From assembly GCA_963764625.1 (NCBI GenBank), contig CAVXTH010000009.1, positions 672,001-736,000 on the forward strand: a stretch of DNA of 64,000 nt, in the 5' to 3' direction. How positions within the stretch are numbered: the first letter of the stretch is position 1; every line of letters starts with the position of its first letter. The translations under genes were made by a program, and so were the position numbers. Shown one piece after another: positions 19,833 to 29,228 of the stretch. The notes beneath the pieces are model-generated. The model saw only the letters and a program-made list of their open reading frames with translations. It made no database searches and had not been told where the DNA came from. Source of the DNA: Candidatus Krumholzibacteriota bacterium (lineage in GTDB: Bacteria; Krumholzibacteriota; Krumholzibacteriia; JAJRXK01).

Positions 19833-21656
19833 ATGACCGAGACCCCAGAGCGGAACCAGTCTCCGGACGGTGGAAGCCCTCCCCGTCTTCTGGGGTTGCT
19901 CAAGCTCCGACTCTGGATGGCGGAGACCATCCGTCCCAGCGAGCTGCACGAGACTCTCTTCTGGGCCGGAGTGGTCGGGTTTCTCGGAGCCGTGGCCTCG
20001 GTGCTCTTCCGGCGCCTGTCCTACGAGGTCCATCTGCTCTTGACGCGCCAGACCGGCGGAGTCGTCGAGAGCTTCATGCACCTGCCGCTGTGGCAACGGG
20101 CATTGACCCCCACCATCGGAGGACTTGCCGCCGGCGCCATCCTGTATTGGGGGAGCCGGATCACGAGGAGTCGCCATCCCACCGACTACATGGAAGCCAT
20201 CGTGGTGGGCAACGGCCTGGTCGCGGTGCGCTCGAGTCTGGTGAAGTCGGCCTCCGCTCTCTTCTCCATTGCGGGTGGGGGTTCGATCGGGCGAGAGGGA
20301 CCCATGGTCCAACTCTCGGCCATGATCGCTTCCCTGGTGGGGCGCTTCCGGCACTGGTCCACGCCCCGCCGGCGACTCATCAGCGCGTGCGGGGGGGCTG
20401 CGGGCATCGCCTCGGCCTACAACGCTCCCATCGCGGGGGCGCTTTTCGTCGCGGAGATCGTTCTGGGTTCGGTGGCCATGGAGAGCTTCGGGCCCTTGGT
20501 CTTCTCTTCGGTGGTGGCCACCCTCACTGTCCGCAAGCTCGTGGGCGCGGCGCCCCTCTATGAGATTCCTCCCTTCGTCTTGAACTCGGTGTGGGAGATC
20601 TTCCCCACGATGGTCTTGGGGGTGGTTGCCGGCTTTGCCGCGCCCTGGTTCCTGCGCGCCCTGCGCGGCAGCGAGCATCTCTTCAGCCGCATGCGCATTC
20701 CCCTCTATCTCAAGCTGGGGCTCGGAGGAGCGGTCGTCGGCGGTCTGGCGGTGTTCTATCCCCAGGTCTGCGGCAATGGCTACAGCACCGTGAGCGCGAT
20801 CCTCGGCGGAGAGTGGGTGTGGCGCACCCTGGTTCTCATCCTCGTCTTCAAGGTGGCGGCCACCGCGGCCACCTTCGGCTCGGGCGCGGTAGGTGGGGTC
20901 TTCACCCCGACCCTGTTCGTGGGCGCGTGTCTGGGCTATCTCTTCGGCGCCGCCCTGGGACACTTCTGGCCCGATCCACTCCTGAGCCCCAGCGGGTTCG
21001 CGCTCCTGGGCATGGGGGCGTTTCTGGCCGGCACCACCCACGCTCCCATCATGGCCATCATCATGATCTTCGAGCTGACTCTCGACTATCAGCTCATGCT
21101 TCCCCTCATGCTCGCGTGCGTGATCGCCTACTACATTTCCCGGAGCCTGGAACCGGTACCCATTTATAGCGAGGCCCTGGAGCGCAAAGGGGCGGCGGCC
21201 TACGCCAAGCAGCTCTCGAATCTCCAGGTCCAGGACCTCATGCGCACCGATCCTCTCGCCGTGCTCGAGACGGCGCGCTTCAGGGTGATCGCACAGAGTT
21301 TTCTGACGAACAACTTCAAGTACTTGTACGTCGTCGATGAAGCGCGCCTGTTCCAGGGGGTCATCCCGCTTCACGAAATCAAGCAGTACCTCACTCTGCG
21401 CGGCCTGGCCGATGTGGTGATCGCCAGAGACATCTTGAGCCGCGAGTTTCCCGTCATTCGCTGCGGCGCGTCGTTGAACGACGCTCTGCAGGTTTTTTCC
21501 GAGCACGACGGGGAACGCCTCCCGGTGGTGGATGACGAGACCGGCCGCCGGCTGATGGGAAGCATTTCCAAACGAGATCTTCTTCTGGCCCTCGCGGTGC
21601 GCACCAAGCCATTTCTGAAGGAGACGCCTGCCTCCGTTGGATCGGCGGAAGAGTAG
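19833..21656 (+). CDS. ClcB-like voltage-gated chloride channel with two CBS domains
   Basis: GGSIGREGPMVQ, AYNAPIAG and GGVFTPTLFVG motifs, plus a C-terminal CBS pair. Start uncertain (19752, 19764 or 19833). Confidence 0.9.
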   Translation: MTETPERNQSPDGGSPPRLLGLLKLRLWMAETIRPSELHETLFWAGVVGFLGAVASVLFRRLSYEVHLLLTRQTGGVVESFMHLPLWQRALTPTIGGLAAGAILYWGSRITRSRHPTDYMEAIVVGNGLVAVRSSLVKSASALFSIAGGGSIGREGPMVQLSAMIASLVGRFRHWSTPRRRLISACGGAAGIASAYNAPIAGALFVAEIVLGSVAMESFGPLVFSSVVATLTVRKLVGAAPLYEIPPFVLNSVWEIFPTMVLGVVAGFAAPWFLRALRGSEHLFSRMRIPLYLKLGLGGAVVGGLAVFYPQVCGNGYSTVSAILGGEWVWRTLVLILVFKVAATAATFGSGAVGGVFTPTLFVGACLGYLFGAALGHFWPDPLLSPSGFALLGMGAFLAGTTHAPIMAIIMIFELTLDYQLMLPLMLACVIAYYISRSLEPVPIYSEALERKGAAAYAKQLSNLQVQDLMRTDPLAVLETARFRVIAQSFLTNNFKYLYVVDEARLFQGVIPLHEIKQYLTLRGLADVVIARDILSREFPVIRCGASLNDALQVFSEHDGERLPVVDDETGRRLMGSISKRDLLLALAVRTKPFLKETPASVGSAEE

Positions 21657-21740
21657 GCGCGCTGGCTGGCTCTTTTTGCGGGAGCTTGTTATCCTGCGAA
21701 TTCCTCGAGTCGCACACTTGCCCCGCTGACAGGTGAAGGC

Positions 21741-23180
21741 ATGCAAGTTCCCCATCGGTTCACGAGCATCGTCGCCACTTTGGGCCCCTCGAGCATCGAG
21801 CCCGCCGTCGTCGGGCGTCTGGTCGATGCGGGTATGGACGTGGCGCGCCTCAACGCCAGCCATGCCGACCACGAGTTCGTACGGCGGGCAGTGGAGGTGG
21901 TCCGTGGCGCGGCGGAGAGCCGGGGCCGTCAGCTGGCCATCATGTTGGACCTACAAGGTCCGAAGATCCGGGTGGGCGAATTGAAGGATTCCTCGGGGAT
22001 CGGGCTCGAAGTTGGCGCCGAGCTGATTCTGACCACCCAGAAGATCGCCGGCGACGCCAAGCGAATTCCCTGCACTTATGGCGGGCTCAGCCAAGACGTA
22101 AAGCCCGGGGACACCATTCTGCTGGATGACGGTCTGATCGAGCTGAAAGTACTGAAGAAAAATTCCGCCACCGACCTGCTGATGCGCGTCATTCACGGAG
22201 GACATCTTCTCCCGCACAAGGGAATCAACGTGCCCGGCCGCGCGCTGCAGGCGCCCGCATTCGGCGAGCGCGATCTGGAGGATCTCGAGTGCGGCATGGA
22301 GCACGGGATCGACTACGTGGCCCTGTCATTCGTACGCACCGCGGAGGACATGCGGAGGCTGCGGGCCGAAGTCGACTCTCTTGGCGGTGGAGTGAGCATC
22401 ATCGCCAAGATCGAGAAGCCGCAAGCCGTGGCCGAGATCGAGAGCATCCTGGACGTGAGCGATGCCATCATGGTGGCGCGAGGCGACCTGGGGGTGGAAG
22501 TCGCCCCGGAGCGGGTCCCCCGCCTGCAGAAAGAGTTGATCCGATCCGCGAATCTGAGGGGCGTGACGGTGATCACCGCCACTCAGATGCTCGAGAGCAT
22601 GGTTCATAGCCCTCGCCCGACCCGAGCGGAGGCGAGCGACGTGGCGAACGCGATCTTCGACGGAAGCGACGCGGTGATGCTCTCGGCAGAAACCGCGTCC
22701 GGAGAGTATCCGGTCGAGTCGATCGAGATGATGAATCGCATCGCCGTCGAAGCGGAACATTCGGAGTTCTACGAAGACACCGAGACGAATCCCGAGCACC
22801 CTTCTCGTTTCGACCCGGCCGCTCGCGCCATGGCGTGGTCGGCCCGACGCTTGGCGAAGGAAACCCAGGTGCGAATGATCATAGTCTACACATTGAGTGG
22901 CACAACTGCGCGCGTGTTGAGCAAACTGAGGCCCAAGGTTCCGATTGTCGCGTTTTGTCCCGATCGAAGCGTGTGCCGGCAGATGGCTTTGCTGCACGGA
23001 GTGGTTCCCTTCGAATCCTCCTTCGCGCGGAATACCGATACCCTCCTGCAGGAAGGCGACCGTCTGTTGCGCGAAACGGGTATGGTTCAAGAAGGCGAGG
23101 CGGTCGTGGTTCTGGGCGGAACCATGCAATTCCCCGGAACCACGAACCTGCTGCAGCTTCGACGAATCACGGCGGAGTGA
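21741..23180 (+). CDS. pyk: Pyruvate kinase
   Basis: IVATLGP, DLQGPKIR, IAKIEK, MVARGDLGVE, TATQMLESM and PTRAEASDVANA motifs. Confidence 0.97.
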   Translation: MQVPHRFTSIVATLGPSSIEPAVVGRLVDAGMDVARLNASHADHEFVRRAVEVVRGAAESRGRQLAIMLDLQGPKIRVGELKDSSGIGLEVGAELILTTQKIAGDAKRIPCTYGGLSQDVKPGDTILLDDGLIELKVLKKNSATDLLMRVIHGGHLLPHKGINVPGRALQAPAFGERDLEDLECGMEHGIDYVALSFVRTAEDMRRLRAEVDSLGGGVSIIAKIEKPQAVAEIESILDVSDAIMVARGDLGVEVAPERVPRLQKELIRSANLRGVTVITATQMLESMVHSPRPTRAEASDVANAIFDGSDAVMLSAETASGEYPVESIEMMNRIAVEAEHSEFYEDTETNPEHPSRFDPAARAMAWSARRLAKETQVRMIIVYTLSGTTARVLSKLRPKVPIVAFCPDRSVCRQMALLHGVVPFESSFARNTDTLLQEGDRLLRETGMVQEGEAVVVLGGTMQFPGTTNLLQLRRITAE

Positions 23181-23185
23181 AGAGC

Positions 23186-23542
23186 ATGGGCGCAAGATCA
23201 GGTCTGAACCTGAGCGCGTGGATGCTTCTGGTGTGTGTGTCGTTTCTGGGATGCGGCCGTAAGGCCGAGGATCCCAGCCCGGCCGGCGTCTACGCCGCCC
23301 GTTGTGCCCGGTGCCACGAGATCGACGGTTCGTCCACCACCGCGAGCAAGATGGCTAAGGAAGAGATCGACCTGCGCGATCCGGTCTTCCAGCGCTACAA
23401 CAGTGACGAGCGCATCCGCCGCATCGCCCGCTTCGGAAAGGGTCGAATGCAGGGCGTACCCGACATCACCGACACCGAACTCGACTCGGTCGTGGTCCAG
23501 ATCCGCAAGTTGGGTGCGGCCGCGGCGGACAGCACTCACTAG
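23186..23542 (+). CDS. Monoheme c-type cytochrome, probable lipoprotein
   Basis: Lipobox FLGC, heme motif CARCH and distal Met in GKGRMQG. Confidence 0.8.
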   Translation: MGARSGLNLSAWMLLVCVSFLGCGRKAEDPSPAGVYAARCARCHEIDGSSTTASKMAKEEIDLRDPVFQRYNSDERIRRIARFGKGRMQGVPDITDTELDSVVVQIRKLGAAAADSTH

Positions 23543-23592
23543 ACAGCGCGCCAACGGCGGAAGAAACCGAGTGGACTTCCGCCGTTTCCATA

Positions 23593-23900
23593 CTACCTCA
23601 GCAGCACCATTTTCTGCCGCAGGTCGACTCCACGGGCCGTGAGGCGGTAGAAGTACACCCCACTGCCCACCGGTCTCCCCGCGTTATCCTTCCCATCCCA
23701 GAGGACCGAGTAGTCTCCGGCGTGAGGATGCCAACCATCCGCCAGATCGGCCACTCTTGCCCCCGATGCGTCGTATACGCTCAACTTCGCCGCCATGGGC
23801 TGGGGCAGGTAGTATTCGATCGTCGTGTTGGGGTTGAAGGGGTTTGGGTGGTTCTAGCCCAACCAGCGAGGAGAGGCCACGGGCCCGGAACTTGCCTTCC
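23593..23900 (-). pseudogene. Orphan FlgD-Ig/T9SS-like C-terminal domain remnant with an in-frame amber stop
   Basis: The minus frame reads ...PRWLG*NHPNPFNPNTTIEYYLPQPMAAKLSVYDASG...WDGKDNAGRPVGSGVYFYRL...KMVLLR. The TAG at 23856-23854 sits where Gln (CAG) is usual. No passenger domain lies upstream. Confidence 0.7.
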
Positions 23901-24075
23901 GCGAAAAAAGATGTTCCTAAGGCCCCTCTCGACCTTGACGTTCGCGAAAAAAAGTCCTCTATATGGGGCCATTGGAACCAGCCCGTGATCCCCGCTCTCC
24001 CGTCGTGTCCATGGGGGGGCGTTTTGTCTAACGGGCCCATGCTCCAGCCGCCCACCTGGTGGGTAAAGGAAGCTA

Positions 24076-25422
24076 ATGAACAAGATGAATCCGAGTCTCG
24101 ACTCGGAGCCTCCGGCGCCTGGTTTATCCTCTAAGGCACACCGGAATCGGCCTATCGTCCAGGCGGAGCCGACGCCCTATCACTCTTCCCGATCACAACT
24201 TAGCGAGCTTTCCGCTTCGGACCTCCTGGTGACCGAGAGCGAGGCGACGCATTGCGTCAGCGAGCGGAGCGACGAGTTCCGTCGCCTCTTCTTCCCTGAT
24301 GCCAGTCTCGAGGATTGGAACAGCTGGCGCTGGCAGCTGCACGCGAGGATCCGCAACCTGGCGGAACTCGAGCGCATCTTTACCCTCAGCCGCAGCGAGC
24401 GGGCCACGATCGAGAGGATTGGGGGGCGGCTGCCCCTGGGCATCACGCCCTACTACGCCTCCCTCATGGACCGGCAAAATGCGAAGGACCCGATCCGCAG
24501 GACCATGATCCCGGTTCGGGGCGAACTCCTCCGGACTCCCGGAGAGGCGGATGACCCCCTCGGGGAGGAATCGGACGCCGTGGTTCCGGGTCTAATCCAC
24601 CGCTATCCCGATCGCGTATTGTTCCTGGTGAACAACTTCTGCGCGACCTACTGCCGCTACTGTACACGGGCGCGGATGGTGGGTCACACCACCGAATTCC
24701 ATGCCTCGTACGCACAGTACGAGGCCGCGATCGACTATATCGCCGAGCACCCGGAGGTGCGGGACGTTCTGATCTCCGGAGGGGATCCTCTCACCATGAC
24801 CGATGAGAGGCTGGAATGGATCCTCTCGCGGCTGAGGGCCATCAAGCACGTGGAGTTCCTGAGAATCGGCTCCAAGGTGCCGGTGGTGTTGCCGCAGCGG
24901 ATCACTCCGGAACTGGTCGCCATGCTCAAGCGCTACCACCCGTTTTGGCTGAGCCTTCACACCATGCATCCGGTCGAGTTCACTCCAGAGGTCCAGCAGG
25001 CCTGCGAGCGGCTGGCCGACGCCGGCATCCCGGTGGGAAGCCAGACCGTGCTCACACGGGGAGTGAACGACGACGTGGAGACCATGAAGGCCCTCAAGCA
25101 CGCCGAACTGCGCGCGCGGGTTCGGCCGTACTACATCTACCAGTGCGATCCCATCTCGGGCTCGAGCCATCTGCGGACGCCCATCGAGAAGGGTCTGGAG
25201 ATCATCGACGGCCTCCGTGGCCACACGACCGGCTACGCGGTTCCCACTTTCGTGGTCGACGCCCCGGGGGGAGGAGGCAAGATCCCCTTGCTCTCACAGT
25301 CCGTCGTTGGCCGCGATGGAAACGACATTCTCCTGAGGAATTTCGAGGGGAACATCTACCGCTACCCCGATCCCGTGGTCCCTTCCTCCCGTGGAGGGCG
25401 CCGGAAGGGGGGGAAGGTCTAA
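24076..25422 (+). CDS. KamA-family radical SAM/PLP lysine 2,3-aminomutase-like protein
   Basis: WNSWRWQL, DPLGEE, HRYPDRVL, CATYCRYCTR (CxxxCxxC), SGGDPL, PYYIYQCD and FVVDAPGGGGK (PLP lysine) motifs. Confidence 0.93.
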   Translation: MNKMNPSLDSEPPAPGLSSKAHRNRPIVQAEPTPYHSSRSQLSELSASDLLVTESEATHCVSERSDEFRRLFFPDASLEDWNSWRWQLHARIRNLAELERIFTLSRSERATIERIGGRLPLGITPYYASLMDRQNAKDPIRRTMIPVRGELLRTPGEADDPLGEESDAVVPGLIHRYPDRVLFLVNNFCATYCRYCTRARMVGHTTEFHASYAQYEAAIDYIAEHPEVRDVLISGGDPLTMTDERLEWILSRLRAIKHVEFLRIGSKVPVVLPQRITPELVAMLKRYHPFWLSLHTMHPVEFTPEVQQACERLADAGIPVGSQTVLTRGVNDDVETMKALKHAELRARVRPYYIYQCDPISGSSHLRTPIEKGLEIIDGLRGHTTGYAVPTFVVDAPGGGGKIPLLSQSVVGRDGNDILLRNFEGNIYRYPDPVVPSSRGGRRKGGKV

Positions 25423-26432
25423 TGAAGATCGGTATGACCTTCGATCTGCGTGACGAGTATCTCGCCATGGGCTACAGCGAAACCCAGACGGCGGAGTTCG
25501 ACCGCGAGGAGACGATCCAGAGCATCGAGGCCGAGCTCATCGGGCTCGGCCACGAGGTCGACCGCATCGGACACGTTCGCCAGTTGACCCGCCGGCTCGC
25601 GGCCGGCGACCGCTGGGATCTGGTGTTCAACATCAGCGAGGGCCTCTGGGGAGTCGGGCGCGAAGCTCAGGTTCCCGCCCTGCTGGACGCGTACGGGATT
25701 CCCTACACCTTCTCGGATCCCCTCGTGTCTGCCCTGACCCTGCACAAGGGAATGACGAAGCACGTCTTGAGAAGCGCAGGGATCGCGACTACGGACTTCG
25801 TGGTGGTGAAGAGCGAGCAGGACCTGGCGGAAGTGAAGTTCGAGTTCCCCGTGTTCGCCAAGCCGGTCGCCGAAGGCACCGCGAAGGGGATCGACGCCAA
25901 TTCCAGGATCGACACCCCCGAGGAGTTGAGGGAAAGGTGCCTGGCCATCGTGGAGGAGTACGACCAGCCTGCGCTCGTGGAGCCCTACCTCAAAGGAAGG
26001 GAATTCACCACCAGCATCGTGGGCTCGGGAAACGAAGCCAGGGTGATCGGCACCCTCGAACTGGGCTACCGCGAGAAGGCGGAGGCTAACGCCTACACCT
26101 ACCTGAACAAGGAGCTCTGCGAGAGCCTGGTCGATTACTTTCTCACCGACGAGGAGGCGGCGTCTCGCTGCGAGCGCGTCGCGCTCGACACCTGGCGCAC
26201 CCTCGGTTGCCAGGACGCCGGTCGGGTGGATTTTCGCGAGGACGAGAAGGGGCGTCTCTTCGTCCTGGAGGTCAATCCCCTTCCCGGCATGCACCCCTCG
26301 CACTCGGATCTGCCCATGACCTGCACCGCGGTGGGAATGTCCTACCGGGACCTCATCGCTGAGATCGTCGCCTCCGCGGCCCGGCGGTTGCCGAAGCTTC
26401 GTCATGCTGCGGAGGCAGGCGTAGCGACATGA
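25422..26432 (+). CDS. D-Ala-D-Ala-ligase-like ATP-grasp amide ligase 1
   Basis: DLVFNISEG, GIPYTFSD, FAKPVAEGTAKGI, EPYLKGREFT, GRVDFR and LEVNPLPG motifs. ATG 25422 overlaps the kamA stop (TAATG). It lacks the Ddl N-terminal GGxSxE motif. Confidence 0.88.
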   Translation: MKIGMTFDLRDEYLAMGYSETQTAEFDREETIQSIEAELIGLGHEVDRIGHVRQLTRRLAAGDRWDLVFNISEGLWGVGREAQVPALLDAYGIPYTFSDPLVSALTLHKGMTKHVLRSAGIATTDFVVVKSEQDLAEVKFEFPVFAKPVAEGTAKGIDANSRIDTPEELRERCLAIVEEYDQPALVEPYLKGREFTTSIVGSGNEARVIGTLELGYREKAEANAYTYLNKELCESLVDYFLTDEEAASRCERVALDTWRTLGCQDAGRVDFREDEKGRLFVLEVNPLPGMHPSHSDLPMTCTAVGMSYRDLIAEIVASAARRLPKLRHAAEAGVAT

Positions 26433-27451
26433 GAATCGTTTTGGCGCACGACGAGAGAGCCCTCACCGGCCGTCCGGACGAGCGCGACGGGATGGTTCAG
26501 GTCCAGGAGATCGCCGAGACCCTTCTCGATCTCGGCCACGAGGTGACGAGCTTGGCGGCGGGTCTTCCCCTCGAGGCTTTCGAGAAGAAGCTCGTGGCAA
26601 AGGACTGCGACCTGGTGTTCAACCTCGTCGAGTCGCTCGAAGGCGAAGGCCGGCTCATCCATCTGGTTCCCGCCCTCCTGGAGCGGCTGGGGATCGCCTA
26701 CACCGGCGCGCCGTGCGCGGCGATGGTTCTGGCGAGTGAGAAGGTCTGGACGAAACGCCTTCTGAGCGCGAGTGGTCTGCCCACGCCGGCTTGGATGACG
26801 CAAGCAAAGGAGACGCAGGGTTTTATGGCCTGGCCGGGGAAATACATCGTGAAATCGGTGTGGGAGGACGCCTCGCTCGGGCTCGACGACTCCTCCGTCT
26901 TTGAGGCCAGTTCTGCGGGCGAACTCCACGAACAGATTCTGAAGCGCCGCGGCCTTCTCGGTGGCGAGGCTTTCGCCGAAGCATGGGTCGAGGGCCGGGA
27001 ATTCAATCTCGCCCTCCTCGAAGGAGAGGACCAGCAAGGAGAGGTCCTTCCCATGGCCGAGATGTGTTTCGTCGACTATCCCGCCGGCAAGCCCAAGCTT
27101 GTGAGCTACGCCGCGAAATGGGACGAGGACTCCTTCGAGTACGGGCACACGGTGCGCCGATTTCCCAGCGGGGGAAGCGATCGAGAGCTGCTCGCGCGGC
27201 TGGCCGACGCGGCGCGCGCGAGTTGGAGACTCTTTGGGCTGCGCGGCTACGCTCGCGTCGATTTCAGGGTCGACGAGAACGATCGTGAGTGGATACTCGA
27301 AGCGAATCCGAATCCATGCCTTTCCTCCGATGCCGGCTTCATGGCCGCTGCTCAGCAGGCCGGGCTTTCGCGGCCTGAGGTCATCACGAGGATTTTGCAG
27401 GCGGCGCGGGTGAAGGAAAGCCGGAAGCTGGCGCTGCGAACCGGAGCATGA
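26429..27451 (+). CDS. D-Ala-D-Ala-ligase-like ATP-grasp amide ligase 2
   Basis: DLVFNLVES, GIAYTG, VKSVWEDASLGL, EGREFN, YAAKW, GYARVDFR and LEANPNP motifs. ATGA overlap with the previous gene. Confidence 0.88.
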   Translation: MRIVLAHDERALTGRPDERDGMVQVQEIAETLLDLGHEVTSLAAGLPLEAFEKKLVAKDCDLVFNLVESLEGEGRLIHLVPALLERLGIAYTGAPCAAMVLASEKVWTKRLLSASGLPTPAWMTQAKETQGFMAWPGKYIVKSVWEDASLGLDDSSVFEASSAGELHEQILKRRGLLGGEAFAEAWVEGREFNLALLEGEDQQGEVLPMAEMCFVDYPAGKPKLVSYAAKWDEDSFEYGHTVRRFPSGGSDRELLARLADAARASWRLFGLRGYARVDFRVDENDREWILEANPNPCLSSDAGFMAAAQQAGLSRPEVITRILQAARVKESRKLALRTGA

Positions 27452-27455
27452 CGGA

Positions 27456-29228
27456 ATGTTTCGCATCCGTCGTATTCTCGACGACTCTCTGCCTTTCGAT
27501 CGGCAGGAGATCTCCCGCGTGCAGGAGATCATGCGGGAACGTTTTCCCGGCCTCAGCGAAACCGACGTCGCCGATCTTCCCCGGCGTCTGAACGATCCGG
27601 TCGAGTACAGATTCCGCAGCCTCTTGTTCGTGGCCGACAACGCGCGGGGCAAAGTGCGGGGCTTCGCCATGGTGCTCCACGATCGGGCGAACAACTTCGT
27701 CTTCCTCGATTTCATCGCGACCGATCCCGGGCGGAAGGGCTCGGGCGTCGGGGGCGCCCTTTACGAGCGCGTGCGGGAGGAAGCGCGATCCCTCGGCGTA
27801 CTCGGAGTGTTCTTCGAGTGTCTTCCCGACGATCGAGACGAATGCTCTAGCGAGGAGGAGTACACCCACAACGTGGCGCGTCTGCGCTTCTACGAGAGAT
27901 ACGGGGCTCGGCCCATCATCAATACGAACTACGAGCTCTCCCCGACGAAAGGGGAGAAGGGCATGCCTCATCTCGTTTTCGATGATCTGGGGAACGGCGA
28001 GGCTCTACGCAAGGACGCGACGCGCAAGATCGTCCGGGCCATTCTCGAGAATCGTTACCGTCCTGCCTTCGAGTCCGCCTATGTCGAGGAAGTTGTCGCC
28101 TCCATCGTCGAGGATCCCGTCCAGCTCAGACCGAGACGCTACCGGGCCAAGGTGAAGCAGGGGAGTGAGCGAGCCAAGGTGGCTCTGGCCCCCATTGTCC
28201 TCGTCGTCAACGAGCGCCACGACATCCACCACGTGCGCGATCGCGGGTACGTCGAGGCTCCGGTCCGGATTCGTGTGATCCGTAAGGAACTCGATCTCAG
28301 CGGCCTCTTCCGGGAGGTTGCGCCCCGGCACTTCGCGGAGTCCAACATCCTCGCGGTGCACGATCGCGGGTACGTCGAGTACTTCAAAAGAGTCTGCAAA
28401 GGATTGCCGCCGGGAAAATCGGTCTATCCCTACGTCTTCCCTCTGCGCAATCACGCCCGACCCCCGAAGGAGCTCTCTGTGCGAGCCGGGTACTACTGCA
28501 TGGATACCTTCACCCCGCTCAACTCCAACGCGCTCGTCGCCGCGGTAGGAGGGGTGGACTGCGCGCTGACCGCGGCCGACGCGGTTTTGCACGGGGAGCG
28601 CCTGGCCTACGCCCTCGTACGTCCTCCCGGCCACCACGCGGAACGCTCGGCATTCGGCGGCTTCTGCTACTTCAACAACAACGCAATCGCCGCGAATTTC
28701 CTGAGCTCCCACGGACGAGTGGCCATCCTGGACATCGACTACCACCACGGGAACGGCCAGCAGTCGATCTTCTACGAACGGGATGATGTTCTGACCCTGT
28801 CGATTCACGGCCATCCCCGGTTTGCCTATCCGTACTTTTCGGGCTTCCCGGAGGAAACCGGGGCGAGTAGGGGAGAGGGATACAACTGGAACCTTCCTCT
28901 GTCCGAGAAAGTGGACGGAAGCCGGCACGGAGCGACTCTGGCCAAAGCCCTGGCCAAGATCGCGCAGTTCGAACCAAAGTTTCTCATCGTGGCTCTCGGT
29001 CTGGATACGGCTAAAGGGGATCCGACCGGAACCTGGTCGCTCAACGCTTCGGACTTTCGCGCCAACGGCCGGCGGATCGGCGCCACGCGGCTGCGCACCG
29101 TCGTGATCCAGGAGGGCGGCTACCGGACGCGCACACTCGGGGCGAACGCGCGCGCCTTCTTCGAGGGCCTCGTCGAGGGGTTGGAAGAGACGCCGGCGGG
29201 CCTCTCCGAACAGAGGTCGAAGCGATGA
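27456..29228 (+). CDS. Fusion of a GNAT-like acetyltransferase and a histone-deacetylase-family (acetylpolyamine amidohydrolase-like) domain
   Basis: N-terminal FLDFIATDPGRKGSGVGGALY...RLRFYERYG (GNAT motifs A/B). C-terminal RPPGHHA, GFCYFNN, DIDYHHGNG, GLDTAKGDP and QEGGY (Zn deacetylase). Confidence 0.88.
   Translation: MFRIRRILDDSLPFDRQEISRVQEIMRERFPGLSETDVADLPRRLNDPVEYRFRSLLFVADNARGKVRGFAMVLHDRANNFVFLDFIATDPGRKGSGVGGALYERVREEARSLGVLGVFFECLPDDRDECSSEEEYTHNVARLRFYERYGARPIINTNYELSPTKGEKGMPHLVFDDLGNGEALRKDATRKIVRAILENRYRPAFESAYVEEVVASIVEDPVQLRPRRYRAKVKQGSERAKVALAPIVLVVNERHDIHHVRDRGYVEAPVRIRVIRKELDLSGLFREVAPRHFAESNILAVHDRGYVEYFKRVCKGLPPGKSVYPYVFPLRNHARPPKELSVRAGYYCMDTFTPLNSNALVAAVGGVDCALTAADAVLHGERLAYALVRPPGHHAERSAFGGFCYFNNNAIAANFLSSHGRVAILDIDYHHGNGQQSIFYERDDVLTLSIHGHPRFAYPYFSGFPEETGASRGEGYNWNLPLSEKVDGSRHGATLAKALAKIAQFEPKFLIVALGLDTAKGDPTGTWSLNASDFRANGRRIGATRLRTVVIQEGGYRTRTLGANARAFFEGLVEGLEETPAGLSEQRSKR

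Noticed and set aside
23854-23856. In-frame TAG in the orphan FlgD-like domain as possible pyrrolysine or stop-codon reassignment
   Set aside because: TAG ends many intact genes here (e.g. clc, the cytochromes, ccmD). Another stop lies about 21 codons upstream and no pyl genes are visible. A CAG-to-TAG decay is simpler.
24076-25422. KamA as EpmB (EF-P modification) or as part of lysine fermentation
   Set aside because: There is no efp/epmA or kamDE/kdd/kce in the neighbourhood. The gene is translationally coupled to ATP-grasp ligases instead.
25422-27451. ATP-grasp pair as housekeeping ddl or a van resistance ligase
   Set aside because: They lack the N-terminal GGxSxE motif and have no mur/fts or vanH/vanX context.
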